From Heterodontus francisci (Eukaryota): a DNA stretch of 64,000 bases. Both the position numbers and the translations under genes were made by a program. The notes beneath the pieces were generated by a model. That model made no database searches and was not told the origin of the DNA. It saw nothing but the letters and a program-made list of their open reading frames with translations. Position 1 is the stretch's first letter. Each line of letters starts with the position of its first letter. Location: NCBI RefSeq assembly GCF_036365525.1, contig NC_090402.1, positions 45,361,215 through 45,425,214 of the forward strand, written 5' to 3'. Shown piece by piece: positions 37,275-49,616 of this stretch.

Positions 37275-39869
37275 AATTTAGGTAGATATAAGAAATAGGA
37301 AGTTACTTGTGGGAGTAGTTTATAGGCCCCCTAATAGTAACCACATTGTAGGACGGGGTATACAGGAAGAAATAATGGGGGCAATAATCATGGGTGATTT
37401 TAATCTACAAATAGATTGGACGAATCAGATTGGCAAAGGTAGCCTGGAAGATGAGTTCATGGAGTGTTTCAGGAAAGTTTCTAAGAGCAATACTTTCTAG
37501 AGCCAAACAGAGAGCAGGGTACTCTTGATCTGGTAATTTACAACGAAACAGGATTAATTAATGGCCTCATAGTAAAGGCGCAGTGATCACAACATGATTG
37601 AATTTCACATTCAGTTTGAGGGCGAGAGGAGTGGATCTAAGACTAGTGCTTTAAACTTAAATAGGGTAATTATGAGGGTTTGAGGACAGAGCTAGCTAAA
37701 GTAAACTGGGAAATTAGGTTAAGGGATAGATCATTAGGGTTGCAGTTGCAGACATTTAGGGAGATATTTCATAACACTCAGCAAAGATACATTCTAGTGA
37801 GAAAGAAAGACTCCAGGGGAAGGACACACCATCTGTGGCTAACTAAGGAAGTTAAAGATAGTATCGAATTGAAAGAAAACGCATACGATTCAGCAAAGAG
37901 TTGTGGCAGGTCAGAAGATTGGACAGAACATAAAAAAAGCAAAGAATAACTAAAAGAATAATAAGGAGAGAGAAATTAGAGTATGAGAGAAAGCTAGCTC
38001 GAAATATAAAAATGAATAGTAAGAGTTTCTAATGGTATTTAAAAAGGAAAAGAGTAAGTAAAATGAGTGTTGGTCCTCTAGAGAGTGAATCTGGGGTGGT
38101 AATAATGGAAAATAAGGAAATGGTGGAGGAATTGAACAGATGTTTTGCATCTGTCTTCACTGTAGAGGATACAAATAATATCCCAGAAATAATTATAAAT
38201 CAAGAGTTGAAAGTGAGGGAGGAGCTTAAAACAATCATCAAGGAAAGGGTACCAAAAAAATTAGTAGAACTAAAATCTGTCAAGTCCCCAGGTCCTGATG
38301 GACTTCATCCTAGGGTTTTAAAAGAAGTAGTTGCTGAGATAGTCGATGCATTGGTTTTAATTTTCCAAAATTCCTTAGATTCTGGAAAGGTTCCATCAGA
38401 TTGGAAGATAGCAAATGTAACTCTGCTATTCAAGAAAAGAGGAAGACAGAAACCAGGAAACTAAGACCAATTAACTTAACATCTGTCACAGGGAAAATGC
38501 TGGAATATAATTATAAAGGAGGTTATAGCAGGTCATTTAGAAAATCTCAATGCAATCAGGCAGATTCAACATGGTTTTGTGAAAGGGAAATCATGTTTAA
38601 CTAATTTATTAGAGTTCTTTGAGGAAGTAACAAGCAACGTGGATAAAGGGGAACCTGTGGATGCGGTGTACTTGGATTTTCAGAAAGCATTTGACAAGGT
38701 GCCACATCAAAGGTTACTAAACAAATTAAGAGCCCATGGTACAGGGAGTAACATATTAGCATGGAGAGAGGATTGGTTAGTTAACAGAAAATAGATAGTA
38801 GGCATAAATGGGTCATTTTCAGGTTGGCAAGCTGTAACTAGTGGAGTGCCACAGGGATCAGTGCTGGGGCCTCAACTATTTACAATCTATATCAATGACT
38901 TCAATGAAGGGACAGAATGTGTTGCTAAATTTGCTGATGACACAAAGATAGGTAGAAGAATACGTTGTGACGAGGACATAAGGAGTCTGCAAAGGGATAT
39001 AGAAAGATTAAATGAGTGGGTAAAGATTTGGCAGATGGAGTATAATGTGGGAAAGGGTGAACTTGTCCACTTTGGTCAGAAAAACAGAAAAGCAACATAC
39101 TATTTAAATGGGGAGAGATTGCAGAACTCTGAGATGCTGAGGGATCTGGATGCCCTACTACATGAAACACAAACAGTTAGCGTACAGGTATAGCAAGTGA
39201 TTAAGAAGGCAAATGCAATGTTGTTGTTTATTGCAAGGGGAATGGAATAAAAAAGTAGAGATATTTTGCTGAAGTTGTATAGGGTATAGAGTATTGTATG
39301 TGGCATTGTGTATAGTTTGGTCTCCTTACTTAAGAAAGGATATAATTTTCATTGGAAGCAGTTCAGAGAAGGTCCACTCGACTGATTCTTGGGATGAGCA
39401 AATTATCTTATGAGAAAAGGTTGGACAGGTTGAGTCTGTATTCATTGACGTTTAGAAGAATGAGAGGTGATCTTATTGAAACATATAAGATCCTGAGGGG
39501 ATTTGACAGGTTGGATGTTGAAAAGATGTTTCACCTTGTGGAAGAGACTAAAACGAAGGGGCATAGTTTAAAATGAGGGTCTCCCATTTAAGACAGAGAT
39601 GAGGAGACTTTTTTTCTCCCAGAGGGTCGTGAGTACATGGAAGCCTCTTCTCCGGAGCGCAGTGGAGGCAGGGTAATTGAATGTTTTTAAGGCAGAGGTA
39701 GACCGATTCTTGACAAACAAGAGAGTCATAGGGTATCGGGGTAGGCAGGAAAGTGGAGTTGTGTCCACAAACAGATCAACCTTGATCTTACAGAATGGCG
39801 GAGCAGGCTCAAGGGGCTGAATAGCCTACTCAAGCTCTTAGTTTGTATGTTCGTATGATCATATGTAGG

Positions 39870-40540
39870 GTGGCAGGAGGAGGCCACTTCGTCGTTCGGC
39901 AGGGGCACCTCTCTATTCAGCATGATCTCCCTTTGCCTCCAATTCCTCCTCCTCCCTTACCTTCTGCTCCTGCTTCTCCCCCGATGAGCTGTTTCCTTCC
40001 AAGTCCTCACTGTCCTCCAGGTCCACATCGCTCTAGAGGGCCATATTATGGAAAGCGCAGCAGACCACCAGAATGACAGAGAACCTTGCAGGAGGATTTT
40101 GGAGGGTACCACCCGACTGGTCCAGGCACCGGAATCGCATCTTGAGAAGCCCGATGGTTGTCCTGCTGAGCAGGTGGCATTCATTGGATCGCCTTTGTGC
40201 CTCTCTGGGGCTCCCATAGAGGGGTCAGTCACCATCTCTTCAAGGGATTTCCCTTGTTCCGTCAAATCCATCTATACTCTTTGCGGTTTGGACTGAAGAT
40301 CTGAGGCAGCCTGGACTGGCAGAGGATGAACGAGTCATGGCAGCTGCTAGGAAAGAAAATGCACAGATGGAGGAAGCTCTTGTTGTGGTCACAGACCAGT
40401 TGGATGTTGAGGGAATAGAAGCCCTTCTTGTTGATAGATCTCACTGGCCGGTCATTGGGTGCCTTGATGGCTAAATGGGTGCAATTGATGATGCCCTGCA
40501 CCTGGAGGAATCCAGCAACGGAGGCAAAACCTAATGCTCT
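39870..40540 (-). pseudogene. Harbinger (HARBI1-like) DDE transposase fragment
   Basis: GIINCTHLAIKAP..INKKGFYSLNIQLVCDH..PSSCHDSFIL. Confidence 0.85.
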
Positions 40541-40570
40541 CTGTCCTTGCCACGGTCAAGTCTCCTTGCT

Positions 40571-40846
40571 CTAATATGTCCATCTATCAAAACCTCTGCC
40601 AGAATGAATCTCCTCCCACAATATTGGCCACAATGCAATGACTGTCAAATGAGATGATCCTCCAATTATGCTTGCTCGGGGGCTGGGGACAGGGTCCCTC
40701 ACCATTGCGGTCAGGGTTTCAGGTGCAGCAGAAAGCAAAGTCATTCTTTTGGTCTTTTCATTGCAATTTTTTGTGGGGTTTGTAAAAATTATCCTTATTG
40801 AGACAGGCTCAGCATTTTCTGTTTCTTCGAATGCATTTTTAATGCT
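40571..40846 (-). pseudogene. Candidate viral phosphoprotein (P)-like fragment
   Basis: 92-codon open frame; SIKNAF, NPT and DPVPS echo RSV P SIKGKF, NPT and DPTPS; lies upstream of the M-like gene; weak. Confidence 0.3.
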
Positions 40847-40904
40847 TCAATCACAATAAAACCATGGCTTGTGTTATTTTACATATAAAATATTTCTATA
40901 CCTC

Positions 40905-41908
40905 TGCCGTGCCCAGCAACGACATATCATAACCCACTTTTAAGATATGAACATTATTCAATGTGGAATCTTTGAAATTGACATTCCCGCTAAAAGGTGG
41001 AAATGTGCTGCAAAATGGCTGCCGAAGGTCAGATGATGTGCCCTGTGTATTCAGAAAATTGCCTTACGTCTCAGAAGGACAAAAGACACATTTCAAACTA
41101 AGGGATGCCAACTATACCCATCCTGAAACCATCAAGAGACATTCCTGAATTGAATGGATTTATTTTAAGACAAAAATGTGTAGTAGACACCTCATAACAG
41201 AATGATACTCATCCAGACATGAATAAATAACCATGAATTCCACATCCTGGTCCATTGTGTGGTCACACCAGGGGACAATGCCAAGTGCCAACTAACAGAG
41301 ACTCTAATTTGATGGGTTTTGACCTTAAAAGGTAAGCCTCTGGAGAGAGAGGAGAGATCACAGCAACATCACAAAAGAAGCCCAGCCAGGGGCTGTGGAA
41401 AGATCTAACTTGAACAAGAAGAAACCCTCCTGCTAATTCTACACTTCAACTTAGTGCAGCAGAGCACTGAAAGTGACCACCACCTCCAGTCTGAAATCTT
41501 AACCACCAGAAATCTACAACACTTCAACAAGTTCAAGACTACAAACACCCAGGCCTGTATCTTTAAAATAGACTGCCCTACTTAGAAGATTCAACATGTT
41601 TACCAGAAACCACAAACACCTATCACACTTTGAACTCGTACCCTTTACCTTCTATCTCTCTGCTCTTGAGAGTGCATGTGAGAGCGAACGTGTGTGTGAG
41701 AGGTGCTGGGAACATTTTAGGGAATGAATATTGTTCAATAAATAGTTAATCTTGTGTTTTAAACCTACAAGAAAACATGTCGCTATCAGTTTATTTGGCA
41801 AATAAAACACTCAGGAGATAACTGATCATTTTAAACAAAAAATTATTATGGTCAGTTGGAAGGAGAACAATGGAAACCGCCCACACCCCTTATCACCTGT
41901 CAGTAACA
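40905..41908 (+). mobile_element. Solo LTR
   Basis: TG...taaCA with 5-bp TSD acctc (40900-40904 / 41909-41913); related to 61721-62705. Confidence 0.8.
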
Positions 41909-42369
41909 ACCTCCCATAAATATTTAATTAAAAATTAATATTTGCTAATAATAAATGTTCAGGGCAAGACTGAGTTCAGTTTGGAAAGGAAGATTTTTTG
42001 AAAAGATAAAAATTACCTATTCATTCATCAAAATTTAAACCCTTCAAAAAATTAGCATTCAATGTGCCTGAGCTTTTTACGGGACAGGGAACAGGTCAAA
42101 AGAACACAAGGCAGCAGAGGGAAATAATTGAAGAGAAGGCACTGAGGAATAAACATGTGCATAGAAGGTGGCAAGTAGCTTTGTAGGCAGATCACCAATG
42201 TCAGGAAGAGCATGCAACCAGGACAGGACAGGTCAAGTGGAAAATCAGACTTCCTGAGTTACCCTCATGAATGGTTCCATAGTGCTGCTTTATCGACATC
42301 TATTCCCCCTTTTCTGTAGGCTTCCAGAAGACCCCTGCACACTTTCAGGGGAGCCAGTCTGCCATAGCT

Positions 42370-42660
42370 CTGAAAAATTAATTCCTTCAAGTATTATGCA
42401 ACTCCCTTTTGAAAATTACTATTGAATCTGCTTCCACCGCCTTTTAAGTAAATGCAATCTTGAGCATAATATTTTGCTGTGTAAAGCAACGTCTCCTCCC
42501 CTCACTACTGGCTCTTTGCCCATTAACTTAAATTTGTGTCCTCTGGTTACTGACATTTCTGCCATTGGAAAAGCTCCTCCTTATTTAATCATTCAAAACC
42601 CTTCATGATTTTGAATACATCTATTAAATATCCCTTTAACCTTCTTTGCCCTAAGGAATC
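42370..42660 (-). repeat. CR1 3' fragment
   Basis: Similar to 5800-6015. Confidence 0.65.
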
Positions 42661-43282
42661 AATCTTGACATCTATGCAATAAAACACCTTTCATGGCCTT
42701 AGGATGTCCCAAAGCACTTTACAGCCAATCAGTTAAAATACAATGTATCTGCTAGGAATACATAACATAATCTACTGAAAAGTCACCTCTAAACAATTTG
42801 CCAACACCTTTGAGAGATCAGAATAAGATCTTCATATTTTATCAAATTTTTTCTTCCTTGTAACACCACAAACTATAACTGTGTGGACAGTTCCTATTGT
42901 TCTCACATGATCAGAATGGGAATCAATTGCAGTAGCCTTTCTGTGAAGACGTCCTTCCTGACATTACTCCTGAACAATTCATGCCAAATGAATTGTGCCA
43001 TTTTCACATAAAAATATTTAAAAGAAGTAGATTGCAAGCCTATCTGAGCCTGGGGGGCTTTTTCCACAGTTCAGGGTAAATGCATCAATTTCTCTGAGAG
43101 AAAAGGTCCTACATTCCAATTCTCTTCATTTAAACTAGTTTGATTTTCCGTAATCTCATTTGTTCTTGAGCTCTCCATCATTTTTGTTTTCTCAATACAA
43201 TACCTCTGTTTTAATTCAGAATGATTAGTTTGCTTTCTCTCTCTCTTTGGGTTTCTGGTGCTGCTTTGATGTCATATTACCT

Positions 43283-43712
43283 CCGAGCCTGTATTCCCTT
43301 GCATATAGAAGATTAAGGGGTGATCTAATTGAGGTATTTAAGATGATTAAAGGAGTTGATAGGCTAAATGTAGAGAAATTATTCCCTTTGGTGGGGGAGT
43401 CCAGAGCAAACGGGCATAATTTTAAAATTAGTGCTAGGCTGTTCAGGAGTAATGTCAGGAAGGACGTCTTCACAGAAAGGCTACTGCAAATCTGGAACTT
43501 TCTCCTGCCCACCCACCCCCAGAAAAAAATTAGTGATGTTGGGTGTCAATTGAAAATTTCAAAATTGAGCTTCTTAGATTTTTATTGGGCTGTTGTTTTA
43601 AGGGTTAGAGAACCAGAGCAGGTATATGGAGTTGAGATACAGTTCAATTATGTCTAAATGAATGGCAGAACAGGCTCGAGGGGCTGAATGGCATACCTCT
43701 GTTCCTATATCC
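43283..43712 (+). repeat. CR1 3' fragment
   Basis: RRLRGDLIEVFKMIKG..FTERLLQIWN. Confidence 0.85.
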
Positions 43713-43949
43713 CTAATTTTTATTCTTTCTTGCCTGCAGGTGCAGATTCTGGTTGGATTATAATTTCAGCTGTGCCTTACCTAAGTGATTCAAATGCCCA
43801 GACAGTGAGTGTTGGTGGGCTATTTGGTCATGTAGGGCATCACAGCAAGGCCTGTTCCTGGCCAGAGTGCATGTTTTTCAGGAGTCACCAGAATGCAGCG
43901 AAGAACAGAAACTCAGGCTGATTCATTTTTTTTCAATTTTAACTCTTTT

Positions 43950-44310
43950 TGCCCAGAGTTATACTCAATTATACTCAACTGCTGTCCTATTTGGCAGATA
44001 TCAGAAGTGAAAATTTTGCTCGCCTGCTTAGAACATCAGTTAGCCAGCAAACCATCAGTGCGATTGTTGTCATATTCACCAATTCTCAACGATCTGCTTG
44101 CACCCAACTGTTCCACAATGACATCAGTTTGATACGCGCATTTTGTGGTTGCAGCTGCCCTCTCCTCCCTCATCATATAGGTTGTAGGCACCTGCCTACT
44201 GTATTGAAGTAACCACCTTACTGGATGGTATATAAAGATGTTTACGGCCATGGCCAAAGCATTCACGTCATCGCAGCTCATCAGACTGCTAATCAGCCTG
44301 CAAATCCTTC
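43950..44310 (-). pseudogene. Candidate viral nucleoprotein N-terminal fragment
   Basis: ~120 codons with one stop; ICRLISSLMSCDDVN loosely resembles RSV N INKLCGMLLITEDAN; position fits N-P-M-F order; weak. Confidence 0.25.
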
Positions 44311-45217
44311 CACTACTTCACTCGATTCTCCAAGGGGAAGAATGCAAAGATAAAAACAACAAGAACACAAAAACACCTCAGAAACATGGGTAGCATCTCT
44401 GCTCCTTGGTCTATTCTGCCATGAAATTAGATAATGGTTGATCTGTAATTTAACTGCATCTACTCACCTTGGTTCTAGAACCCTTAATACCCTTACCTAA
44501 CGAAAATCTATCAATCTCAGTTTCAAAATTTTCAATTGACCTTGCCTCATGAAAAAAGAATTTGCATTTAAGGATATCACTGTGTGCATTAAATAGTCTA
44601 GAGTGACATCTGCCCATGCAAGACTTTAGTTAAGTGGATATGGCATTCTACAATGAATGTATATCTGTTGAGGTTTCACTATCTCTATGGGAATTCTATT
44701 CGAGAAGTGCCAAGTAACTGTCCAAATAAGCATTAGCAAGCATTATTCTGTCATGTGGGAAATGATTGTGCACAATTCCCAAGAAGGACACGTTACAGGT
44801 GGAGGGACAGAGGAGGCAGAGGGACAGAAGGAGGCAGAGGGCCAAAAGGAGGGGGGGGGGGGTGCAAAAGCAAATCCTGTGAACCTATTCAGCTAATGTT
44901 GTGGGGAGTGGGAAGGTGGGAGTGCCTGTGCCCTCAGGCAGTTAGTGCTGACTAAGAGTCAATAGTTAAAGATTGAAAAGATATCTCTTTTCTGAGGCTC
45001 ATACTGTGAGGCGACCATTACATGAGAGATAAAAGTGAAACAGGAAGAAACTCAATACATTGCTCATTCTTATCTCTGTGGAAGTCAGAAGCTAGATAGA
45101 TACTGCACAGAGAGAGAAAGAAAGAGAAGAGCAAGCATGAGAGGAGAAACCAAAGGCAGAACCTTCACCAGCAGAAACTGGCCACTAGATTATGAACCTT
45201 ATGACTTAAAATGACTA

Positions 45218-46762
45218 GGTCAGATAGAGTAACTCAGGGTGATAGAAGGAACTGACATAGAGTGATTCACAATGCACAAGAAGCCAAAGGATGAGATATT
45301 GGAGGTGGAGCATGATGTGCCTGACAGGAAGCTTAGAAGATGTTTGACCCCGGCTGTTAAGTATTCAACTGATGATGTCAGGGATCCCACAATAAAAACA
45401 AATGTTTGCAGGATATCAGAAACATATGAAGGCACAGCAAAGTAAAGTCTCTTGGATAAAGTGTGGCACAGGGTAAGGATAGCGGCAGAGTTCAATGACA
45501 TCCTTTGTGGCATCATTAGAGAGGGCTTCTCTATAAGGCACAGTATGCTAGAGTAACTGGCAGGCTCAGGATTGTCTACATATGTCTTACAAAACACAGA
45601 GGCCCTCAGATACATAGCTCCACGGGTATAATAAGGAATGATCGTCTGGGGCGATACATCCTGCTGGCTAGCTATCTGGAGATTGGGGAGAGTCTGGCTC
45701 TCCTGTGTTCCTGCCTTATAAACCTGGCTTCCCAGATTACTTGATGTTTTCCCTTCTCTTCCTTCTCCTCTGCACGCTGCCAGCAGTCGTTAGGACTGTA
45801 CGCACAAACCCCTTAACCAAAATGTTCTCTGGCACATTCTGTCGGAAATGTGTGTGCACACCGTGGAATGAATGATAAGGATGGGAATCCCAATGCGGAA
45901 AAGCATTTTGCAGCCTTCCACCTCTGTTTAGAAAAAAGTCCCCAAAAAAGAAACAGCCTCAAAAGCCGTCTTCCAGATGAAAGGAGGAACCTCCAACATA
46001 AGGATTAAAAAATATATTTTGGCAAAAGACCAAAACAAAATTAAGTCGTGAGCCTCTAATAGTACAATGAAGCTCCTTTAAGATCCCAGCACCAGCCTTC
46101 CTCAGTGGGTGGTCTAAGTTACCCTTGTTTTATTATGGCACAAGTGGATCGATATATCCTAGGACGGAAATCTTGCAATTTAGGACTTATGATGTGGAGT
46201 TGGTCTAAACTCATAATTTGCAAGGATACATCTTAGGATGGCCACATCTTGAGCCCTCTCTTACTCCCAAGTATTTAAGGCATCTGAAGGGGAATGCCTG
46301 AAGAAACAAGGAACAAAACCAGAGACTGATTCTTTCACAAATGATTTTACTCGGGCAAGTGAGGCCTTGAACTTATAGGAGAATCCTGCAGTGAACTGGC
46401 TCAAGGGAAGTTAGTGATGGCAGACTTCACACACTCCTGTGATATGTTACTCTTTGCTTCACGTAAGTCACTGGTCATCCAGCTTGGCTGCTCAGTACCT
46501 AGAGCACGGCAATTAAAGGGACAGATGAGGTAACTTCCTCTGACTCTGCACATCCAATCAAACCAGTCAGCCCATCAAAATATTGAAGTGCCTGGTGATG
46601 GGAAATTACTGGCAGCAACTGTCTTTTCAGACCTGTCTCCAACTATAGCAGGAAAACTGTTGAGATTTCTCAGTCAGCTTTCAATCCCCAAAACACCAAG
46701 AACAATCCCAGAACACCATGTAATAAAAACAGAAGTTGACTCAGTCACTGTAAATCAGTAAC
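45218..46762 (+). pseudogene. Decayed non-TE coding island, possibly a mononegaviral VP35/P-like plus VP40/M-like pair
   Basis: Several long frames with few stops; weak by-eye motif resemblance to filovirus VP35 and VP40. Confidence 0.3.
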
Positions 46763-46844
46763 CCTGATGCCACATTACAATCCCACAGTTACAAAGCAGC
46801 ATACCCTATGACTCACCATGAGCTAAATTATGGGAGAGCTGCTT

Positions 46845-47007
46845 GTGCATGTGTGAGTGTGCATGTGTTTGAGAGAGACTGTGAGAGAATGAGAAAAAAA
46901 GTGAATGAGTGTGTGAGAGAGATTGTGAGAGGGAGAGAGAGTGAGAGGGTGAGAGTGAAAGCAAGCAGAGAGTAAGTGTGAGAGTGAATGAGAGTGTGAG
47001 AGAATGA
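46845..47007. repeat. (GA/GT)n low-complexity tract, continuing at 54674-54800
   Basis: Degenerate gagt/gtga repeats on both sides of the Harbinger. Confidence 0.8.
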
Positions 47008-47299
47008 GGGCCGGATTTTCACCCCAAGGTTGGGAATCCGATGTCCAGATCATTTCCGGGTCCCGACACCATGCCACGTCAGCATCAGTGATGCGATGCG
47101 ATTTTCATATGCAGAGTCCCTAATTGGTCTGAGGGCAAGCTCGGCACCCAATTAGAGGAGCTGGGAGTGACCTGGAGGCAAGACCTATTAACAGCGAATG
47201 ATTTTAAAAGGCAAACAGGAGCCATGACTGGGCTTGCCATTGCCTGAAAGTATGGGGTAACAGGGAGCTCAGAGGGTCAGCGCTGGCCTGGGCAGGCGT

Positions 47300-48380
47300 C
47301 CCTGGGTGGACCCACACTTTTCAGATGCCTCCCTTGCGGCTTTGATGGATGCCGTCTCTAAGAGGAGAGATGTACTCTTCCCTCCGTCTGTAAGAAGAAA
47401 TGCTCCATGAGAGACCAAGGGGGCATGGATGGAAGTGGGCAGGGAGGTTAGAAGCCAGGGAGTCACAAGGAGGACGTGGGTGCAGTTCAGAAACGTTTCA
47501 ATGATCTGATAAGTTCTAGAAAGGTGAGTGGCAAACAACATCTGGGTGACAGGCCTCTATCTCTGTATAAACCAGCATACACATGAGCTGAACAGACTGG
47601 ATGCCCATAGTTCTTCATAACATTGTCAGATCATGTGGCCAGTTGGATCACTGAGACATCAGCAACCCTTACACATGGGGCTGGGTTTTAATAAACCCTT
47701 CTCGTCATGATCGTGGTGGCCGGGGCCTGAAGGTGGCTCTGGATGAGGCTCGGCACGGACCTCAATGCCAGCAGGGCCCGGCCGGATCCTCCTGGTGGCA
47801 GTGCGGCTCCCTGGTGGCCCCCCTGCCGCTGGGCAATGGGACCACAATTTAAATACTCAAAATTAATAAAATTAATAAATTGAAATATCCATACTGCCAA
47901 TCTTGAGGGCCTGCCGAGACCTGTACACAGGCAGCTGATGCCATTGCCGGGGAGGGATAACCCGTCCTCTCCACGTGATTAGGGGTGGGCTGGGCCGCCC
48001 TGGCCATTTAAATGAGCGCCGCGTTTAAGATCACGGCGGTTCTTTGGCGTGAGGCCTGCACAGGTGGGCTGCCATTTTTTGAGTTCAGCACTGAGATCAG
48101 CGGCGGGCTCGTAAAATCCAGCCCATGGAGTGCAATCGAGCAGTGGCATCAATGAGCAGTGTAGGTCATGCTGGAATGGGTGAGGAATGGCAGGCTTCTC
48201 ATAAATCTGTCTCTCATTTTCTTGTAGAAGCGCATAATTCCAGAGAGATGTCTCGGACTGGTGGCGGTGTGCCGCAGGTACACAAATTGACCCTTGTGGA
48301 GGAGACAGCACTGGAGATAGTGATGGTGCCGCCATGGCAAGACGTGGGCGATGCCGAGATGGGAGATCGTCCAGAGCAGG
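47300..48380 (+). pseudogene. Harbinger Myb/SANT-like DNA-binding gene, exons 1-2
   Basis: FSDASLAALMDAV..RDVLFP..AWMEV..RTWVQ..KRFNDL, donor aag|gtgagt at about 47523; acceptor ttgtag then AHNSREMSRTGGG. Confidence 0.85.
47678..48124. mobile_element. Harbinger-type MITE in the Myb intron
   Basis: TIRs gggctgggtttta / taaaatccagccc; TSD atg. Confidence 0.8.
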
Positions 48381-48795
48381 GTCATTTGATAGCTCAATCT
48401 ACAAGTGAAGCGCATGGAGGGCTATACAACTGTTATCATCTTTAGGGTTGGTTGTGTTGAGGTACCTGCACAATAGGCCGAGTTCTCACTACCATCTTCT
48501 TGTGTTTCCCACAGGGCCAGTCATGGAGGGGGAGTGGAATGTACCAGCCCAGTCGTCACCAGCCTCCTTGGCGGGGAGAGATATCCCTAAGGCAGCACCA
48601 TCACATCATTCCTCTGCACCTTCCACTAGCACAGGCACACTCACTTCGATTAGGCCTCAATCAAGTTTAGAACGGGAAGCACTGGGTGAACTGTAGCCCA
48701 CGAGTGAGCAGGAGGAGGTGGGTGAGGCAGAGTCCGCTGTGGGGCAGAGGACGAACACAGCCATGCTCTGTGAAGCAAAAATACTGGGCCTCGGG

Positions 48796-49616
48796 TGTTA
48801 CAGACAGTAGTGATGAAATCCGTGGTTGCAAATCTTGTTTTTTTAAAAACCCTGAGAGGGAAACTAAGATTGAAACTGAAACGAAAACTAAAACAGAAAC
48901 AGAAACCAAAACTGAAACAAAAGCTGGAAAAACAACTTCAGTCTTCTGGAGAAACTGACACTAGTTCAAACAAGATAAAAGAAGACAGAGTCCTTCCCAG
49001 ATCAGGTAGATCAGGCAGGATTGGAGTGCCGGCAAGCAGAAGAAAGTGAAAACTGAATCCAGGAGCTGTTTCTGTTATTTCAAGTAGCCGACAAACCAGA
49101 CCAGGCCATACAGTGCATAGATTGCCACTGAAGGACTCGGATAAAGGGAAGACTGGTAAATCCATGCCATCAAGACTGTCATGAGCAGAGCTGAGGAGGT
49201 CTTGGAGAAGTGTGCCTTGTGGTGAAGACTGCACCCGTGGAGTTCGGATTGAGAGGTAACAGCTGTCGTAAGAAGAACAGCAGCTAAATCCTTGAAGAAA
49301 GAAGCTGAAAATCTACCTGTGGAACTTCAAAGTTGTGAAGAAATGTGTGACTGTAATTGTTGTCATATATGCTGGGTGGACTACCCAGTGAAACCCATCT
49401 CTGTTGTATCTGATAGTTAATGTGTAATTTGTAATATATATATTGACTGTTATCTGTCTGTTGTTTTATGTTTAATTTATGTTGGTTGTGGTTTGAGTGT
49501 TAAAGTAAAATTTGTAAAAGTGAAATCTTGTCTGTTTCGGTTGGTTTCCTAAATTGGGGTCACTCAATGGACTCGATTCTTTTCATTTGTTGGTGGGCTC
49601 CACGGGGATCATAACA
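48796..49616 (+). mobile_element. LTR (family B) without matching TSD
   Basis: tgttac...ataaca termini; flanks cggg and caat differ. Confidence 0.6.

Larger units (their letters stand above)
34200..39857 (+). mobile_element. Near full-length decayed CR1 LINE (ORF1 Zn finger + SGNH esterase, ORF2 EN-RT)
   Basis: CCSC..HVCSKC; VVGDSIVR..VVHKGINDIG; DLIAITETWL; VYRPP; KFADDTK; many stops; 5' boundary approximate. Confidence 0.9.

Noticed and set aside
45220-45615. 131-aa minus-strand ORF
   Set aside because: Ser/Leu-rich composition suggests the antisense shadow of the plus-strand frame
45540-45630. LAGSGLSTY..YIAPRV as a bornavirus or chuvirus nucleoprotein
   Set aside because: Motif spacing is too short and the frame ends in two stops
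48855-48925. Short tandem aaactgaaac repeats as a CRISPR-like array
   Set aside because: Simple tandem repeat inside an LTR; no spacers, eukaryotic context
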